Shown piece by piece: positions 26,255 through 40,264 of a DNA stretch of 64,000 nucleotides (positions within the stretch are counted from its first letter, which is position 1; every line of letters begins with the position of its first letter). This stretch comes from Mytilus trossulus (taxonomy: Eukaryota). The stretch is taken from positions 22,506,001 through 22,570,000 of the forward strand of contig NC_086376.1 of NCBI RefSeq assembly GCF_036588685.1, given 5' to 3'. Position numbers and translations under genes: made by a program. The notes below the pieces were generated by a model. That model was not told where the DNA came from, ran no database searches, and saw nothing but the letters and a program-made list of their open reading frames with translations.

Positions 26255-26678
26255 AAAAACTTGTGTCACATTATCTAGAGAAGGTGTAACAGTGTACTGT
26301 TTAAAAAAAAAATAGAATTATCAATACAGTGACGACTGAGTTTGCATAAGTCTGCAGCGTAGACTTACATAATTGTTCAGAGAAAACGAGGACACTTGCA
26401 TTATAAATTGATATCATATTTACCACAGTGTTAAAAAAAAGACTGAAATGTATATTAGAGATTGAACTTTAGTTAAAGTGTTTGTATAAAATGATTGAGA
26501 TTAAAATTGATAAATAGTGAAAGCATTTATGAGAGGAACAGATAACATTATAACGTACCAAAACTGTATTTAGAAATAAAAGAATTAACTCTAAAAATTT
26601 TATTTTCGTTGCTGTATATATTGATTTTTACGGAGTCTCTGGTCATTTATTTGCTATTCAATGATCAGTTTGTTATCT

Positions 26679-27033
26679 GGCTACAGATGCGCATTAGTTT
26701 CTCCATAGGCGATAATGGTTACGTTTTTTTCTGTTGCTCAGTCCATATCGTTAACTTGGATATATGTGATGGCTCGTTTCGAAGCTGAGACATTTTGACA
26801 TATGTGGTTAAATTTTCGGGGTTCTTTGAAAATTTAATACTTTAAACACATTTAATAGCTCCATAGATTTTACACATTTATTCTGTGTTCCCCTTCTTTC
26901 TAAATTAACTCAAACGGTTAAGCTCAGTCACTTGTTTATCATAGAAAAGTGTCAAATATTACTACACAGAGAATTTTTGTTTACACGTGACTTTTGAGTT
27001 CCTCATTTCAAGGCGCATTAGGGATGTTGTCCC
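26679..27033. mobile_element. 355 bp insertion with apparent 4 bp target duplication (ATCT)
   Basis: Paralogous flanks (~17598, ~38442) read GTTATCTACTCAGG without interruption; here ATCT flanks both ends; terminal inverted repeats are weak. Confidence 0.6.
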
Positions 27034-27425
27034 ATCTACTCAGGTTTTGATTTTCCTTTGGTAGTTTAAGGCCGTGTTCACATTGACCTAAATTCGGTGT
27101 TGTGTAAGTGTAACTCACACGTAAACTAAACACAATTGCGTTCCCATTGATAAAACTCAATGTGTACATGTAGTTTAAATCATGTTTTATCTACACACAG
27201 TCGATAGTCAATGTAGGCCTTGTGTAGGTTAAGTGTACACAAAACTAGGCATTTAGAACATTAGTTTTACCGTGTATATATTTAAGGAGGAAACTTTTTT
27301 TTAGTAAAATTGATATTTTTGATAATTTTTAGTATAGTTCTTTATAGAAATTGCTGTCTAAATTTTACACGTACTTTATTAACCCCTGATCAAGACACAA
27401 AGCAGCATCATTGCCGAACCCATAA

Positions 27426-27732
27426 GGCAGCAACCAATTGATTTTTCGGGGGGGGGGGGGGGCTATTATAGTTAAGTATTAAACATAAAGGCAAGGGGGT
27501 GGGGTTGGTGAGCTAGGGGTTTTGTTTTGGAAACAAAAAAATGTTTTCAGTTTTTGGCCCTGAATTTTTTGTTTGTTTGTTTCACTCTCAGATGCCACTT
27601 TAAATAATGCTAAAATTGATTTCGACTTGTCACCAAAATTTGTCCTGGAAAAAAAAAATAGCCCTCGCCCCTCTTCCCCCCCCCCACCGCTCCCCCTCCC
27701 CTCCCCAAAAAATGAAGTTAAAAGTTGCTGCC
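27426..27732. mobile_element. Nested Harbinger-like MITE
   Basis: TIR GGCAGCAAC / GTTGCTGCC with TAA on both sides; internal G-runs and C-runs. Confidence 0.7.
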
Positions 27733-28078
27733 TAATTCATTTGAAAAGGTCTTCCCGAATCGACTTGACGTACACAGAAATATTCGCCACTGGTCTTTAC
27801 TCAAACAACGATTCACGCATAAATGCATGACTAAAATAAGTGTTGGGTAAATGATACGTTTGTCTAGTATCAAAACGTTACTCTATTCTTTTACCAAATA
27901 CTCCTTGGAGAAGAAATACCATTTGAAACAAACAGAAAAGATGAAAATGTAGTGATCCCTAATATCTCAATCCATTTTTTCGGCTGTAAGCACGCTGCTG
28001 AAGCTAACGTTTCTGATGCGTAATCGAGACATCTTTAGTATATTCAAACTACTGCAAATTATAAAAATGGCTTTCTTA

Positions 28079-28332
28079 AAGTAGCAACCACTTAACTAAA
28101 AAAAGGGGGAGGGTTGTGTATTTTTTTTTTATCTGAGTCAGATTATTTTTTTCGAGCGTACGTTTTTATTCCTTTTTTTAGATGCTGGTGATCAAATACA
28201 TTTGTTTCAATATTTAACACACTATAATATTTTTTTTATCATCTGTATGACCATATTTTTTTTATCAAATTGGGGATCGGAATATTTCCATTCCCACCAC
28301 CACCACCCTTTTGAAGTCAAATGGTTGTTCCC
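28079..28332. mobile_element. Second nested MITE (degenerate TIRs)
   Basis: Ends AGCAACCACTTAACT and AGTCAAATGGTTGTT are imperfect inverted repeats; TTA on both sides. Confidence 0.45.
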
Positions 28333-30529
28333 TTACCGCTAGAAAAATTGTCCAAAATTTTGAATTCAGTTCTACGTAATGAACATTTAAATGACATATA
28401 GTTTACAAGTGGGAACAAATCTTATGTACAGGTAGCTAAACAAGGTGTATAGATGTGAACAAATGTAATGTGAAACCAGTGTACACTACACTAAACTAAT
28501 TGTAAACATGTTTACTCTACACGGCGTTTGGTGTGAACACGGCCTAAGTCTTTCCTTTTCGTGTTGGTCCGGTGTATCTGATTTTATTGACGATACATAT
28601 CTATTCTATAAGTTGATGCCCTTATTTATCAATTAAGTTATTAAAGATGGAATAAAACCCTGTTGTTAAGTGTTTATTTTGTGCAAGTACTCCTGTTGTG
28701 TACTAAATTAAGTTCAGCATCAACAAACAATTAGTTTGAAAGTAAAATATTGCTCATAGCTTTTATAATTTTAGTAAAGAATATTTATTTTGATAATTAG
28801 AGTCAAATATGGAATTGTATGTCACAAAAGGATGCATTTTTATTTATTCAAGATTAAATTTGCAAAAACAGACATGATTTTGAACTAAAACCTTATAAAG
28901 TTTACTGTTTTGACACATTATTATCAAGCAAGCTTACATGTTTACTTACTGTCCTTATAACCTTTACATTGGCCTTAGTGACTTACTGAAAATAGTACAA
29001 ACATTGTTTATTGTACACAGGTGATCATAAACAGATAAATATATTTATGAAATATAGTTTGATATAAAATTAATTTTTGGCCTCATCTTGTTATGATAAA
29101 GGAAAAGAATACTTCTTTGAACTATTATGTGATATAAAAGATTCGTAATTGAATATAATTTGTTTTGGATATACGATCGCTATCTTAAGTACTAGTTCAG
29201 TAGACAGCAAATGAAAAAAAAAAAAGATAAGAAATTGAAATAACGCGAAAGGTCTTCGACGAAAGAAGGGGCTGTTCTTGTTGATAAGCTCTTAAATATA
29301 TAGAGATTTGACAGATTTTGTAAAAATTAATCCTTTGGAATATTGAAATTCAACAATCAAAGACAAATAGTATGGTCATAAGACATCGAACTATGATTAC
29401 ATACTATCGAATGATAATTTAGATGGAATATTAGATAAGGAATTTATTTACAAATTCCATTGCCAGCAAAGGATCAATGCATAATTAAAACAAATGCATC
29501 AAGGCATGTCTTCCATATTGAAATTATGTTTACCAATTCAGAAACCACTTATCAACAAAATATTGGACAATAAAACTAATTTAAAAAAACCTCATTTTAC
29601 TATTACAGGGCCCTTTGAATCTAAATAAATATAATACATATCTAAAAACAGATTTTTTGACACATGTAAAGTTGATTGAATGAAACGAACTGAGTTTCGT
29701 TGTACTGTTACACCACTGTTTCAGGCTAGGGTGAGGGTTAGGATTCCTTTAACATATTTAACCCCACCATACTGTATGTATGTGACTGTCCCAAGTCAGA
29801 AGCCTGTAATTCAGTGGTTTTCGTTTGTTGATGTGTTACATGCTTGTTTTTCTTTCTTTTTTTGGTACATCAATTAGGCCATTAGTTTTCTCGTTGGAAA
29901 TGTTTTCATGTGTCGTTTCGGGACTTTATATAGGCGACTATGTGGTATGGGCATTGCTCGATGTTGACGGCTGTACGAAAACCTATAGCTAATTTCTGCT
30001 TCCAGAGAGTTGCTTCATTGGCATTCATACGTGTCATACCACATATTCTTTTTTATATTGAGTATTTACATATCATGGGACCGTACTGATGATGCACTAA
30101 TATATCTTCATCTTTTCCTTTGATATGCAAATGATTATACTAAACCGGTTTATTGTACTTTTGCTGTTTCAATATGAAACACAATTAGAATATTTGTTAA
30201 AATATATGTATAATTCTAAAACTATCTATACGTTGTTAAAACAAAGATTAACAGCAAATCCAAATTCAGATGTGATAAATTTATATGATATACAGTTGTA
30301 GAAACGGTGCCTAGCTGATGGTCTTGCTAACGCAAGAATTGTATGCATAAACTGTAACTATAGTCCAATCTCTAAAATACGTTTGTTCCCTATATTTATA
30401 CTATACGTCTATGTTGCAGATGTATACAACATGTCCAGAACATTTAGTAAACTTATTCATCACTGATCGATAATTTGTATTTATTCAAAGCAGAAACATT
30501 TAAACCCCAATTTATGTTATGTAAGATAA

Positions 30530-31560
30530 GTATATATTTCTGACAAGATGAATAAAAAGCCGAATTAAAGCTCGGTTTGAATGTTAAAGACAAACTATTT
30601 GTAGATGGTGCATTGTACGATGGTCTTCTTCATGATGGCACAGAAACAGGAAATAATGAATCGCTGCCATACACTGCATGACAGCCGGAAATTGCGTTGA
30701 CTTCTTTTCAAATGTAAATACAGAATGCTGCATATTCTGGTGTTGGTTGTGAAATTTTGAACGCATTAAAGATTATTTCATTGAGTATGGATTAAATCAA
30801 TTCGCGATGATGTCATTGGAACATAACCTTTATTATAACTAGTGTCGAATTCAGCTGTTTTTATAGAACTTTTGCTTACTCTTCGTTTAGCATTCCGACG
30901 CCTGAAATCTCCTTTTGCAAAATCTTCTATACATGATAAGTGAATAGACAAATAGTTGTCTATGTCGTTATCGGACCTGCCACTTTCCATGAAACACTCG
31001 TTGAGAGAAAGATTATGTCGTATGCTGTTTCGCCATGCTTTTTCTTTGTTCTTGTAAAAGGGAAATTATCCATTATTTATTGGTTTATGTCATTAAGTAA
31101 CATTTTCTTGTTTGGTTTTCTAAGTATTGCCATTGAAATCATAGCTACATAAGAATGCGATGGCTTCTGATATTTTATCACTGACAGTAAGATAATATAT
31201 GCTTAATTGAACTATCTGAATATAACTGAACCTACAAAAAGAATAATAAGTGTTTTAAAATATAAAACCAATGATGAATATAAGAAAATAATGAAGAAAT
31301 CATTTTGCTTTGTTTGCAATCTGTACCTTTTTATCAAATGCATGAATTGATACATAGTTTTTGAACATATGTCTGTTTGAGTTACAATGCTGATGTTATT
31401 ATGATTGATATAATATATATACTCATTAAATAAGATTCAACACTGTTATTGTATCTACTGCCACTTTCACTTGTCCCAACCCATTTTTGAAATAGAATCT
31501 CGTTGAACTATTTCTGGATCTCCCATGGTCAAACGATAGATGCTGAACTGTGAGGAACAA
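30530..31560 (-). pseudogene. foxQ2: FoxQ2 copy B3 pseudogene
   Basis: Start-codon region deleted; exon 2 from 31231 has frameshifts, an in-frame TAA in DINQ*IM, and W>L in NYLSIH. Confidence 0.88.
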
Positions 31561-31585
31561 TTTCGTTGAGAGAAAGTTACAGAAT

Positions 31586-32270
31586 GCCGTATTTGGCGAA
31601 ACCTTTTCAACTTTTGATCTTCAGTGCTGTACAACTTTGTACTTTTTTTCACTTTCGATCTTTTATATCTGGGCGTCACTGGTGAGTCTTGGGTGGACAA
31701 GGCGCGTTTTTTGCGTATTGAATTTTAAACCTGATGCTTTTTGTTATCTATTAATCATTTTTTTCTTTGTCTAATATGTTCTCCTATTTATTTGTATTGT
31801 AGTCCTGTAATATTATGTTGTCATTTCAATGTTATATTTAACCTTACCATTATAGTGCGAGTTTTGGCATGCAACAAAACCAGGTTCAACCCACCACTTT
31901 TATCCCCCTTTAAAAGTGTCCTGCACCAAGTCAGGAAGATGGACATTGTTATATAATTGTTTGTTTCTGTGTGTGTTGTATTTTAACGTTTGTGTTTTCT
32001 GTTAATTTTGAGATATTGAGATAAGACGTGGCACGGTACTTGTCTATCCCAAATTCATGTATTTTGTTTTCATGATTTGGTTTTCATGTTATATTTGTTA
32101 TTCTCGTGGTGTTTTGTCTGATGTTTGGTCCGTTACTGTGTGTGTTGCTTCGTTGTTCTCCTCTTATATTTAATGCGTTCCCTCGGTTTTAGTTTGTTAC
32201 CCCTATTTTGTTTTTTGTCCATAGATTTATGAGTTTTGAACAGCGGTATACTACTTTTGCCTTTATTTAC
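31586..32270 (+). repeat. Composite repeat insertion in the B3 5' region with a degenerate hammerhead-like motif
   Basis: Absent from the paralog at ~41300; GCGTCACTGGTGAGTC at ~31673; the 3' part is the reverse complement of 50306-50582. Confidence 0.7.
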
Positions 32271-35099
32271 AGAATGAACTATATTGTTTGCAGAATATAT
32301 ATCTGACAAAACTGTTTATATCATAGTTAGTGCTGTTTTGTCACAGTTCAAAAGCACGTGGTCTTATAAAAATGGCATTTTGTTTCAGTCCAGGGGTCAA
32401 ATACTTAAATAACATTTCAGTGTTGAAAAGAATGCTGACAGCTGATTGTGAAAATTGTATATATTTGTTATCAAAAGAAATGATAATATTATCACATTTA
32501 AAAATTACCGCTTAATAATCAAGGTAATATGTTATTCTATATAACAAATAGAAGAGTAAACATAACAAATACAACATCTACATCAACAGAGTGAGAGAGA
32601 AAAATGCTAAGATTGAATACATTGAAAAAGGACAAAGAATAATATATTATTAAAAGAAAAATATACATAGGTTATTATTTTGCGGAATGAGGCCCCGTTG
32701 TTTAATGGGTGGCTGTGCAAAGTGGACCTTATGACTATTTTTGTAGAAATACGTATTGTGATTAAAGTAATGATATCATGCGGTTTCATTGATTTTGTTC
32801 GTGTTGCTCAGTCTAAAGTTTTCTATTTTGTGTTTTGTGTACTATTGGTTGCCTTCAGTTTCAGTTTCAAACATAGTGTTGTGAGTTTATTTTTGTTTAA
32901 CGAGTTAATGCTCCTTAAGTATCTAACGAGCTAATAGTTATTTACGCCTCTCTTTTTCAATATTCTATAGGGGGTCTCAATAAATATTTGTTTTGCTTGT
33001 TTTTTTTTTATATTTGTATACATAAATAAGTGTTTAAACATAATAATGGTTTCCATTTCTATTTTGAGGGTATCCGGACTGACTGATGAGAGCCAACTGC
33101 ATTGACGGTAAAACTGACAAACCTTGTTAATTTGGGTCCAGGTTAATATTCAACTTTTACGTAATGTCTTCGTCAAATATCCAAATATTTTTATATGATA
33201 TTACCAATTTGTTTATTATAGTGTGAATACGAAATCATTCATAGAAATATTCTTTATATAATTCGTTACACGCTATGAATGGGTCGAACCATATTTTTCT
33301 ATAAGATAGAATATAAAATGTATTTATGTTGACAAAACCTGGTTTCATTCATAGTAAATATATGTATCTCATATTTCTTGTTGATGATGTAAAGATTCAA
33401 TTGAATAACAAGAAAAAAACAGTCAAAACATCTAACTCAGTCTTTAGTAGAAGTTGTTCCCCTTGTAAATTATTATTTCATAAAAAAATAAAATAAAAGG
33501 TCAAATAAGGTTGATAAAGGTAATTTCAAGGACTCTTTTATCTGTACTTTTTTGTCCTTTTCTCTTTTTATGTGCTCCCTGTGCGTCCCTGTGCTTAAAA
33601 CAATTTCAAATAGTCACTCATGGATCGTTACAGCTTCCTAGATTATTTCCTATCAAAAGCATATTGTCATAAAAATGCTACTGAAAATATGTAATGGATA
33701 GTATAAACAATATATCCAAAGAAAGTGGTCAATATAAAGTGACAACCAGCGAACAAACGGTAACTATCATTCAACATATTATAGGCACTTTCGAAAAATG
33801 GTAGTTTAAACCTGGTTTTATAAATTAATGTTACAATACTTATTATCAAGCAGACAAAAGTGTGTTAATATAAACCACATACGCGTAACATAACGGAATT
33901 AAAGTCAGATAAAAAAAAAACAATAAAAGGTTTTGTGCAGTAAAATGCAAGCTTGTCGAAGAAGCCTGCGAAAATTATTTTGTAGTTTATAGTAAATTTG
34001 ACATTTCCACATATATAGCCTGTTTAGAAACAAGATGTTTTTCACACATTTAGGAGTTCAACAGGCTAGTATTGGGATGTCATTAAATAAAGGACAGAAT
34101 AAACACATTGTGTTGACTCAGTTTCAACACAATAATACAATATTTTAACCAGTATAAAGGTTATGGAAACATCTGACATGGTTCATTGTATCAAGGTGAT
34201 CATAAACAGAAAAATATATTTACGGAATTATGTTTGAATGAATAAAATTGTTTGACCTCTTCATATTTTATCATGAAATTCGTAATAAACACTTCTATGA
34301 AATATGCAGTTCAAATACATTTACGTACCGATTGGTAAATGCCTTTTAAAATATGTGCATGTTTCATGGAGATATGTAGTATAATTTGACAAAAATCGAA
34401 CAACACCAAATTGAACAATCTATATCGGAGTTTCTTAAACGATACACAAACATTCGTTTGCTAATTGGTTAGTCCTTACAGCGGATTTGTTGTATACCGC
34501 CATCTTGAACTTTACAATAGCTAGGCACAATCGGTCTAGTTCTTTGTTTAAACAGATATGCATATTATGCTTAATACTGTATATTCATGTAAGATTAATA
34601 CTTGCTTCATTGTTATTCTAATTGTTTTACCTAATATTAAATATTAATTATTTTAGAATACATATGCAACTTGGCCATTTGGAAGAGAAAGCAGCCATAC
34701 ATATGCTGATAGTGAACATTTCATTTTTACTTGGCACAAGATTAGTCAGACCAACATTTTATTTTTGAGATAAGCATGATAATTCTCCGTTATGGCACGG
34801 AATACAAAATTCTATCGTAAGAAATACATTCCGACGATCCAACTTGTATGGGAATAAGATGTTTTTTTTAAATAAAAGCTTCAAATAACTAAATATCAAC
34901 TATCGGAACTATATACAGTTTATAAACTTAAACACATGGGTATACATAATCACAAAGAACATTTTAGGTCTTGTGGAAGGAATTAACTTTTTTCAATGTA
35001 GCTGATACGTATTTTATTTGTGAAACCCAAATATTCAAAATATAAAAGTTTTGATTTTGTTAAAGCGGTAAGACGTGTATTCAGGTGAGAACAGGAATT

Positions 35100-35850
35100 A
35101 TTATACAACTCGTCTAAACATCAACTCAACAATGTTGGACCTGTAAATTTGCTTTTGCAAATTTTTTTATCTTCCCTCGCCGGGATTCGAACCCATGCTC
35201 CTGAGATATCGTGACACCAAATCGCCTGCACTGTAGCCGTCCTGCTAGATTACTCGACAACCTGGGCTTCATAAAAATGAAGCTTTCAGTGGCCGGGTGT
35301 TACCTTTCCATGTCAGTTTAATCTAACGTCGTATTACAGTACAGGATATATAAGGCATGAAGATGTTATTCTTACCGATTAGATAAATTATCTATAGTAA
35401 AGGATTCTACAAACTAATGTAAGATACAGCCACAGCAAATAATTATGTATATAAATATGTCTGAACCAGTGACAACTCTACTACAGATTTATTCATCGGA
35501 TCACCAGCAGTGATGATGATACATGACTGTGTACATTCTCTATACACAACTCGTCTAAACATCAACCCAACAATGTTAGATCTGTATTTGCTTTAGCAAT
35601 TTGTTTTGCCGGGATTCGAACCAATGCTACTGAGATATCGTGCCACCAAATTACCTGCACTGTAACCGGCGCGCTAGACTACACGAGCACCTGGGCGCCA
35701 AGATAAAGCTCGTGGCGACCGGGTGTTACCTTTCCACGTCAGTTATAATCTAGCGTGGTACTACAGTAATGTTATATAAGGCATGAAGATGTTATTTTTT
35801 GACGGATCAGCTAAATTATCTATAGTAACTATAGATAACTTAGCTGATAT
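35100..35850 (-). repeat. tRNA-derived tandem unit, paralog of 23345-24085
   Basis: Same two-unit arrangement at the same position in the duplicated cassette. Confidence 0.7.
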
Positions 35851-36848
35851 ACATGATATACATTCGGGAGTGTGACAGCTGTTGTTCATTCGTTTGGTCT
35901 GTTTGACATTAAGTTGGTTAATTTTGCGATTTTCTGTTTTACATAACTAAATTTTACTAATCAACGCCACTGCGCTGCCCACTTTCCCCGAGTATTACAC
36001 CACGTACAGCAACTAATCACAGCCATAGACTCGCCAATTTTCTCTCGATTATGACATAACTGATTGCGACTTATTGTAGCAGCAGTCCCGTACTCGTTTA
36101 CTTGTTTGTGATATTTGCAGAATGTAACTTTACTTGTGGTAAGCAACACAACAGTTGTTACTAGTGAATCAGCGTCTAAATTTGTCCTTGGTTTATAGGC
36201 AGGATTCGTGTTAAACAATATTTGAATTTTTTAAAAGTATTGTATGGACATATTTTAAGTTCTTGATTTTCATCATCATTCATGCGGTTTAAAATGTCCT
36301 ATTTCTAACGTCTATCATTTTAACAGTTTGTTAGAAAAAGTTGTTAATAAACATTATTTTTATGAAATTTTACTAATTTTAACAGATTTAATAAATTTTT
36401 CATACATATTGCTGTTGTTTTAGTTATACCTTTTGCTCGATCCTCAATTTTGTTTGTCTGAAATTGTTGATGTTGTTATGGTTGATGTTGTTATGGTTGA
36501 TGTTCTTGGTTTTGTTTGAGTGGTTTGTGTTATTCAAAATTACTTTTAACAAACTGTATCATTTTAAGATACAATAGTTATTTGTGGTCTCAGTGTGATT
36601 TTCAAATTGTCTTGTTTGCAGACAAATACAAATAGAATATGTGCTGTCAACATACTATTCACAATGTAAATGTAATTCAACAATATGTATGACCTACTAA
36701 CTAGTAAGCATTGACATTTTACTTAGATCACGTAAATTAAAGCTGTGAAAAACAACAGGTTTGTATGGTATATATACTGAACCATAAAACAGTTTAAGTC
36801 ATTCTGTAATTTACTCTCAGCACGATCGTTCCTTTTAATTTAGGAGTC

Positions 36849-38024
36849 ATGAATAAAAATCAGTTGAGCATCTATCATTTGAATAGAGGAGATACAGAAA
36901 GAGTCACACGAGATTATATCTCAAGCGAGGGTGATGAATTGTTGACACCGTCTCTTTTTACAAGTGAAAGTGCAAGTAGCAACGGTGACAGTTATGAATC
37001 TATTCCACAGGTATGTTGCGTCATTTATAGCTTCAAATTTGATGAAGAATTTCATAATTCATCTAAAGAATGGAGATAATAATATATGTAAATACCAAAA
37101 AACCAAAACAAATCAAAGACGAGAAAATATATGCATTCCTATATTAAACACAAAGGAGAGACAACAATTTCATCTTATTTGTTCCAATTACTTCAATGTA
37201 CGATTATGGCGTTTTTATTCATTATTGTGTAGTTTTCATCTATTTCTTTTGAGTTTTCTTAATATTTAAATTTTGTTTTGTAGGTTTTGTTATCATTCGA
37301 CAGATCAATTAAGAATTGGTTATCTTCCTGCGATACTAATGAGAAACCACCGCACTCGTACATCGCTATGATTTCAATGGCAATACTCAGTAAACCGAAC
37401 AAGAAAATGTTACTCAACGATATATATCAGTTTATTATGAATACTTTCCCCTTCTACAATAATAATGAAAAAGCATGGAGAAACAGCATCCGGCATAACA
37501 TTTCCATTAACGAGTGCTTCGTAAAAATTGGCAAGTCCGATACATGCAAAGGCAACTATTGGTCTATTCATCAAGACTGTATAGAGGAATTTGCAAAAGG
37601 AGATTACAGGCGTCGGAATGCAAGACGAAGAGCACGAAAAAGTTCTGTAAAAACTGCCGATTGTTTACCTATTATATTCGGCAACCGAAATAATTACGAA
37701 TATATACCGATGACATTGTCGCACACTGGATTCTTCCCATACCACGTAAAAGGATCCCCAATGCATAAAACCCCTCAAAATCAACATCAAAGTCAACTGA
37801 GTATTCAGACTCCTGTATCGTCATTCGGATTGACACAAACGAATCTTCCGGCAGTCATGCATACGTTCGGAAGCGATTCATTATTTCCCGTTTCGCAATA
37901 CTCGTCAAAAGGGGAATCCTGCAATGCACTATCAACATATCACACTACGTCATCCTTTAGACCGGGCTCTAATTCAGCTTTTTATTCATCTAGTCAGATA
38001 CATAAAGATATTTTTGACTGGTGA
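36849..38024 (+). CDS. foxQ2: FoxQ2-class forkhead transcription factor, copy A3 (2 exons, ~300 aa)
   Basis: Exon 1 36849-37010, exon 2 37284-38024, GT-AG phase 0, intact frame. Confidence 0.9.
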
Positions 38025-40264
38025 AAAAACTTGTCACATTATCTAGAGTAGGTGTAACAGTGAATCTGCTTTTGAAAAATTTAGAATTATAAATACAGTG
38101 ACGACTGAGTTTGCATAAGTCCGCATCGTAGACTTACATAATTGTTCAGAGACAACGAGGACATTTGCATTGAAAATTGATATCATATTTACTACATTGT
38201 TAAAAAAAATGCACTCAAATGTATTTTAGAGATTGAACTTTAGTTATAGTGTTTGTATAAAATGATTGAGATTAAAATTGATAAATAGTGAAAGCATGTA
38301 TCAGGAACAGATAACGTTATACCGTGCCAAAACTGTAAACAGAAATAAAAGAATTAACTGTAAAAATTTTAATTTTTTGTTGCTGTAAATATTGATTTTT
38401 ACGGAGTCTCTGGTCTTTTATTTGCTATATAATGGTCAGTTTGTTATCTACTCAGGTTTTGATTTTCCTTTGGTATTTTAAGTCTGTCCTTTTCGTTTTG
38501 GTCCAGTGTATCTGATTTTATTGACGATACATATCTATTCTATAAGTTGATGCCCTTATCTATCAATTAAATCATTAAAGATGGAATAAAACACTGTTGT
38601 TAAGGGTTTATTTTGTGCAAATACTCCTGTTGTGTAATAAATTAAGTTCAGCATCAACAAACAATTAGTTTGAAAGTAAAATATTGCTCATAGCTTTTAT
38701 AATTTTAATAGAGAATATTTTTTTAATGATTGAAAGCTTTGATAATTAAGGTCAAATATTGAATTGTCTGTCACAAAAAGATGCATTTTTATTTATTCCA
38801 GATGAAATTTGCAAAAACAGACATGATTTTGAACTTAAACCTTCTAAAGGTTACTGTTATTACACATTATTATCAAGCAAGCTTACATGTTTACTTACTG
38901 TCCTTATAACCTTTACATTGGCCTTATTTACTTACTGAAAATAGTACCAACATTGTTATTGTACATAGGTGATCATAAACAGATAAATATATTTGTAAAA
39001 TTGAGTTTGATATAAAATAAATTTTTGGCCTAATCTTGTTATGGATAAAGCAAAGAATAATTTTTTGAACTGTTCTGTGATATAAAAGATACGTAATTGA
39101 ATATAATTTGTTAGGTATATTAGATCGATATCTTAAGTACAAGGACAGCAAATGAAAATAATCGAAAAAAAGAAATTGAAATAATGCGAAGGGTCTTCGA
39201 CAAAAGAAAGGGTTGTATTTGTTGATAAGCTCTTAAATACCTAGAGATTTGACAGATCTTGAAAAAAAAATAATTCTTCGGAATATTAAAATTCAACAAT
39301 CAACAACAAATAGTATTGTCAAAAGACATGAAAATATGATTACATGCTATCGAATGATAACTTAGATGGAAAATTAGATAAAGAAATTATTTACAAATTC
39401 CTATGCCAGCAAACGTTCAATGCATAATTAAAACAAAGTCATCAAGTCATGTCTTCCATACTGAAATTATGTTTACCAATTCAGAAACCACTTCTCAACC
39501 AAATATTAGACAATTAAACTAATTCAGTGGTTTTCGTTCGTTGATGTGTTACATACTTGTTTTTCGTTCTTTTTTTGGTACATTAAGTAGGCCGTTTGTT
39601 TTCTCGTTTGAATTGTTTTCATTTGTCATTTCGGGACTTTTTATAGCTGACTATGTGGTATGGGCATTGCTCATTGTTGAAGGCTGTACGATAACCTATA
39701 GTTAATATCTGCTTCCGGAGAGTTGCTTCGTTAGTAATCATACATGTCATACCACATGTTCTTATTTTACATAATTTTTTTTTTTTAAAATATCATGGAG
39801 CCGTACTGATGAGGCACTAATATTTCTTAACTTTTTCCTTTGATATGCAAATGATAATGAATAAAGCAATATGACATATAATAAACAGGTTTATTGTACT
39901 TTCGCTATTTCAATATGAAACACAATAAGAGTATTTGTTAAAATATATGTATAATTCGAAAACCATCTATACGTTGTTAAAACAAAGATTAACAGCAAAT
40001 CCAAAATAAAATGTTATAAATGTATATGATATACAGTTGTAAAAACGGTGCCTAGATGATGGTCTTGCTTACGCAAGAATTGTAAGCATAAACTGTAACT
40101 AAAGTCCAATCTCTAAAATAGTTTTGTTCCCTAAATGCATACTATACGTCTACGTTGCAGACGTATACAACATGTCCAGTACATTTACTAAACTTAGTCA
40201 TTATAGATAATTTGTATTATTCAAAGCAGAAAAAAATCAACCCCAATATAGGTAATGTAAGATA

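Larger units (their letters stand above)
27070..28544. mobile_element. PIF/Harbinger-like non-autonomous element containing nested MITEs
   Basis: 13 bp TIR GGCCGTGTTCACA with TAA target duplication; empty sites at ~17635 and ~38478. Confidence 0.85.

Noticed and set aside
27445-27710. G-runs/C-runs and a proline-rich ORF (27573-27830)
   Set aside because: Internal to a MITE; the low complexity explains the ORF.
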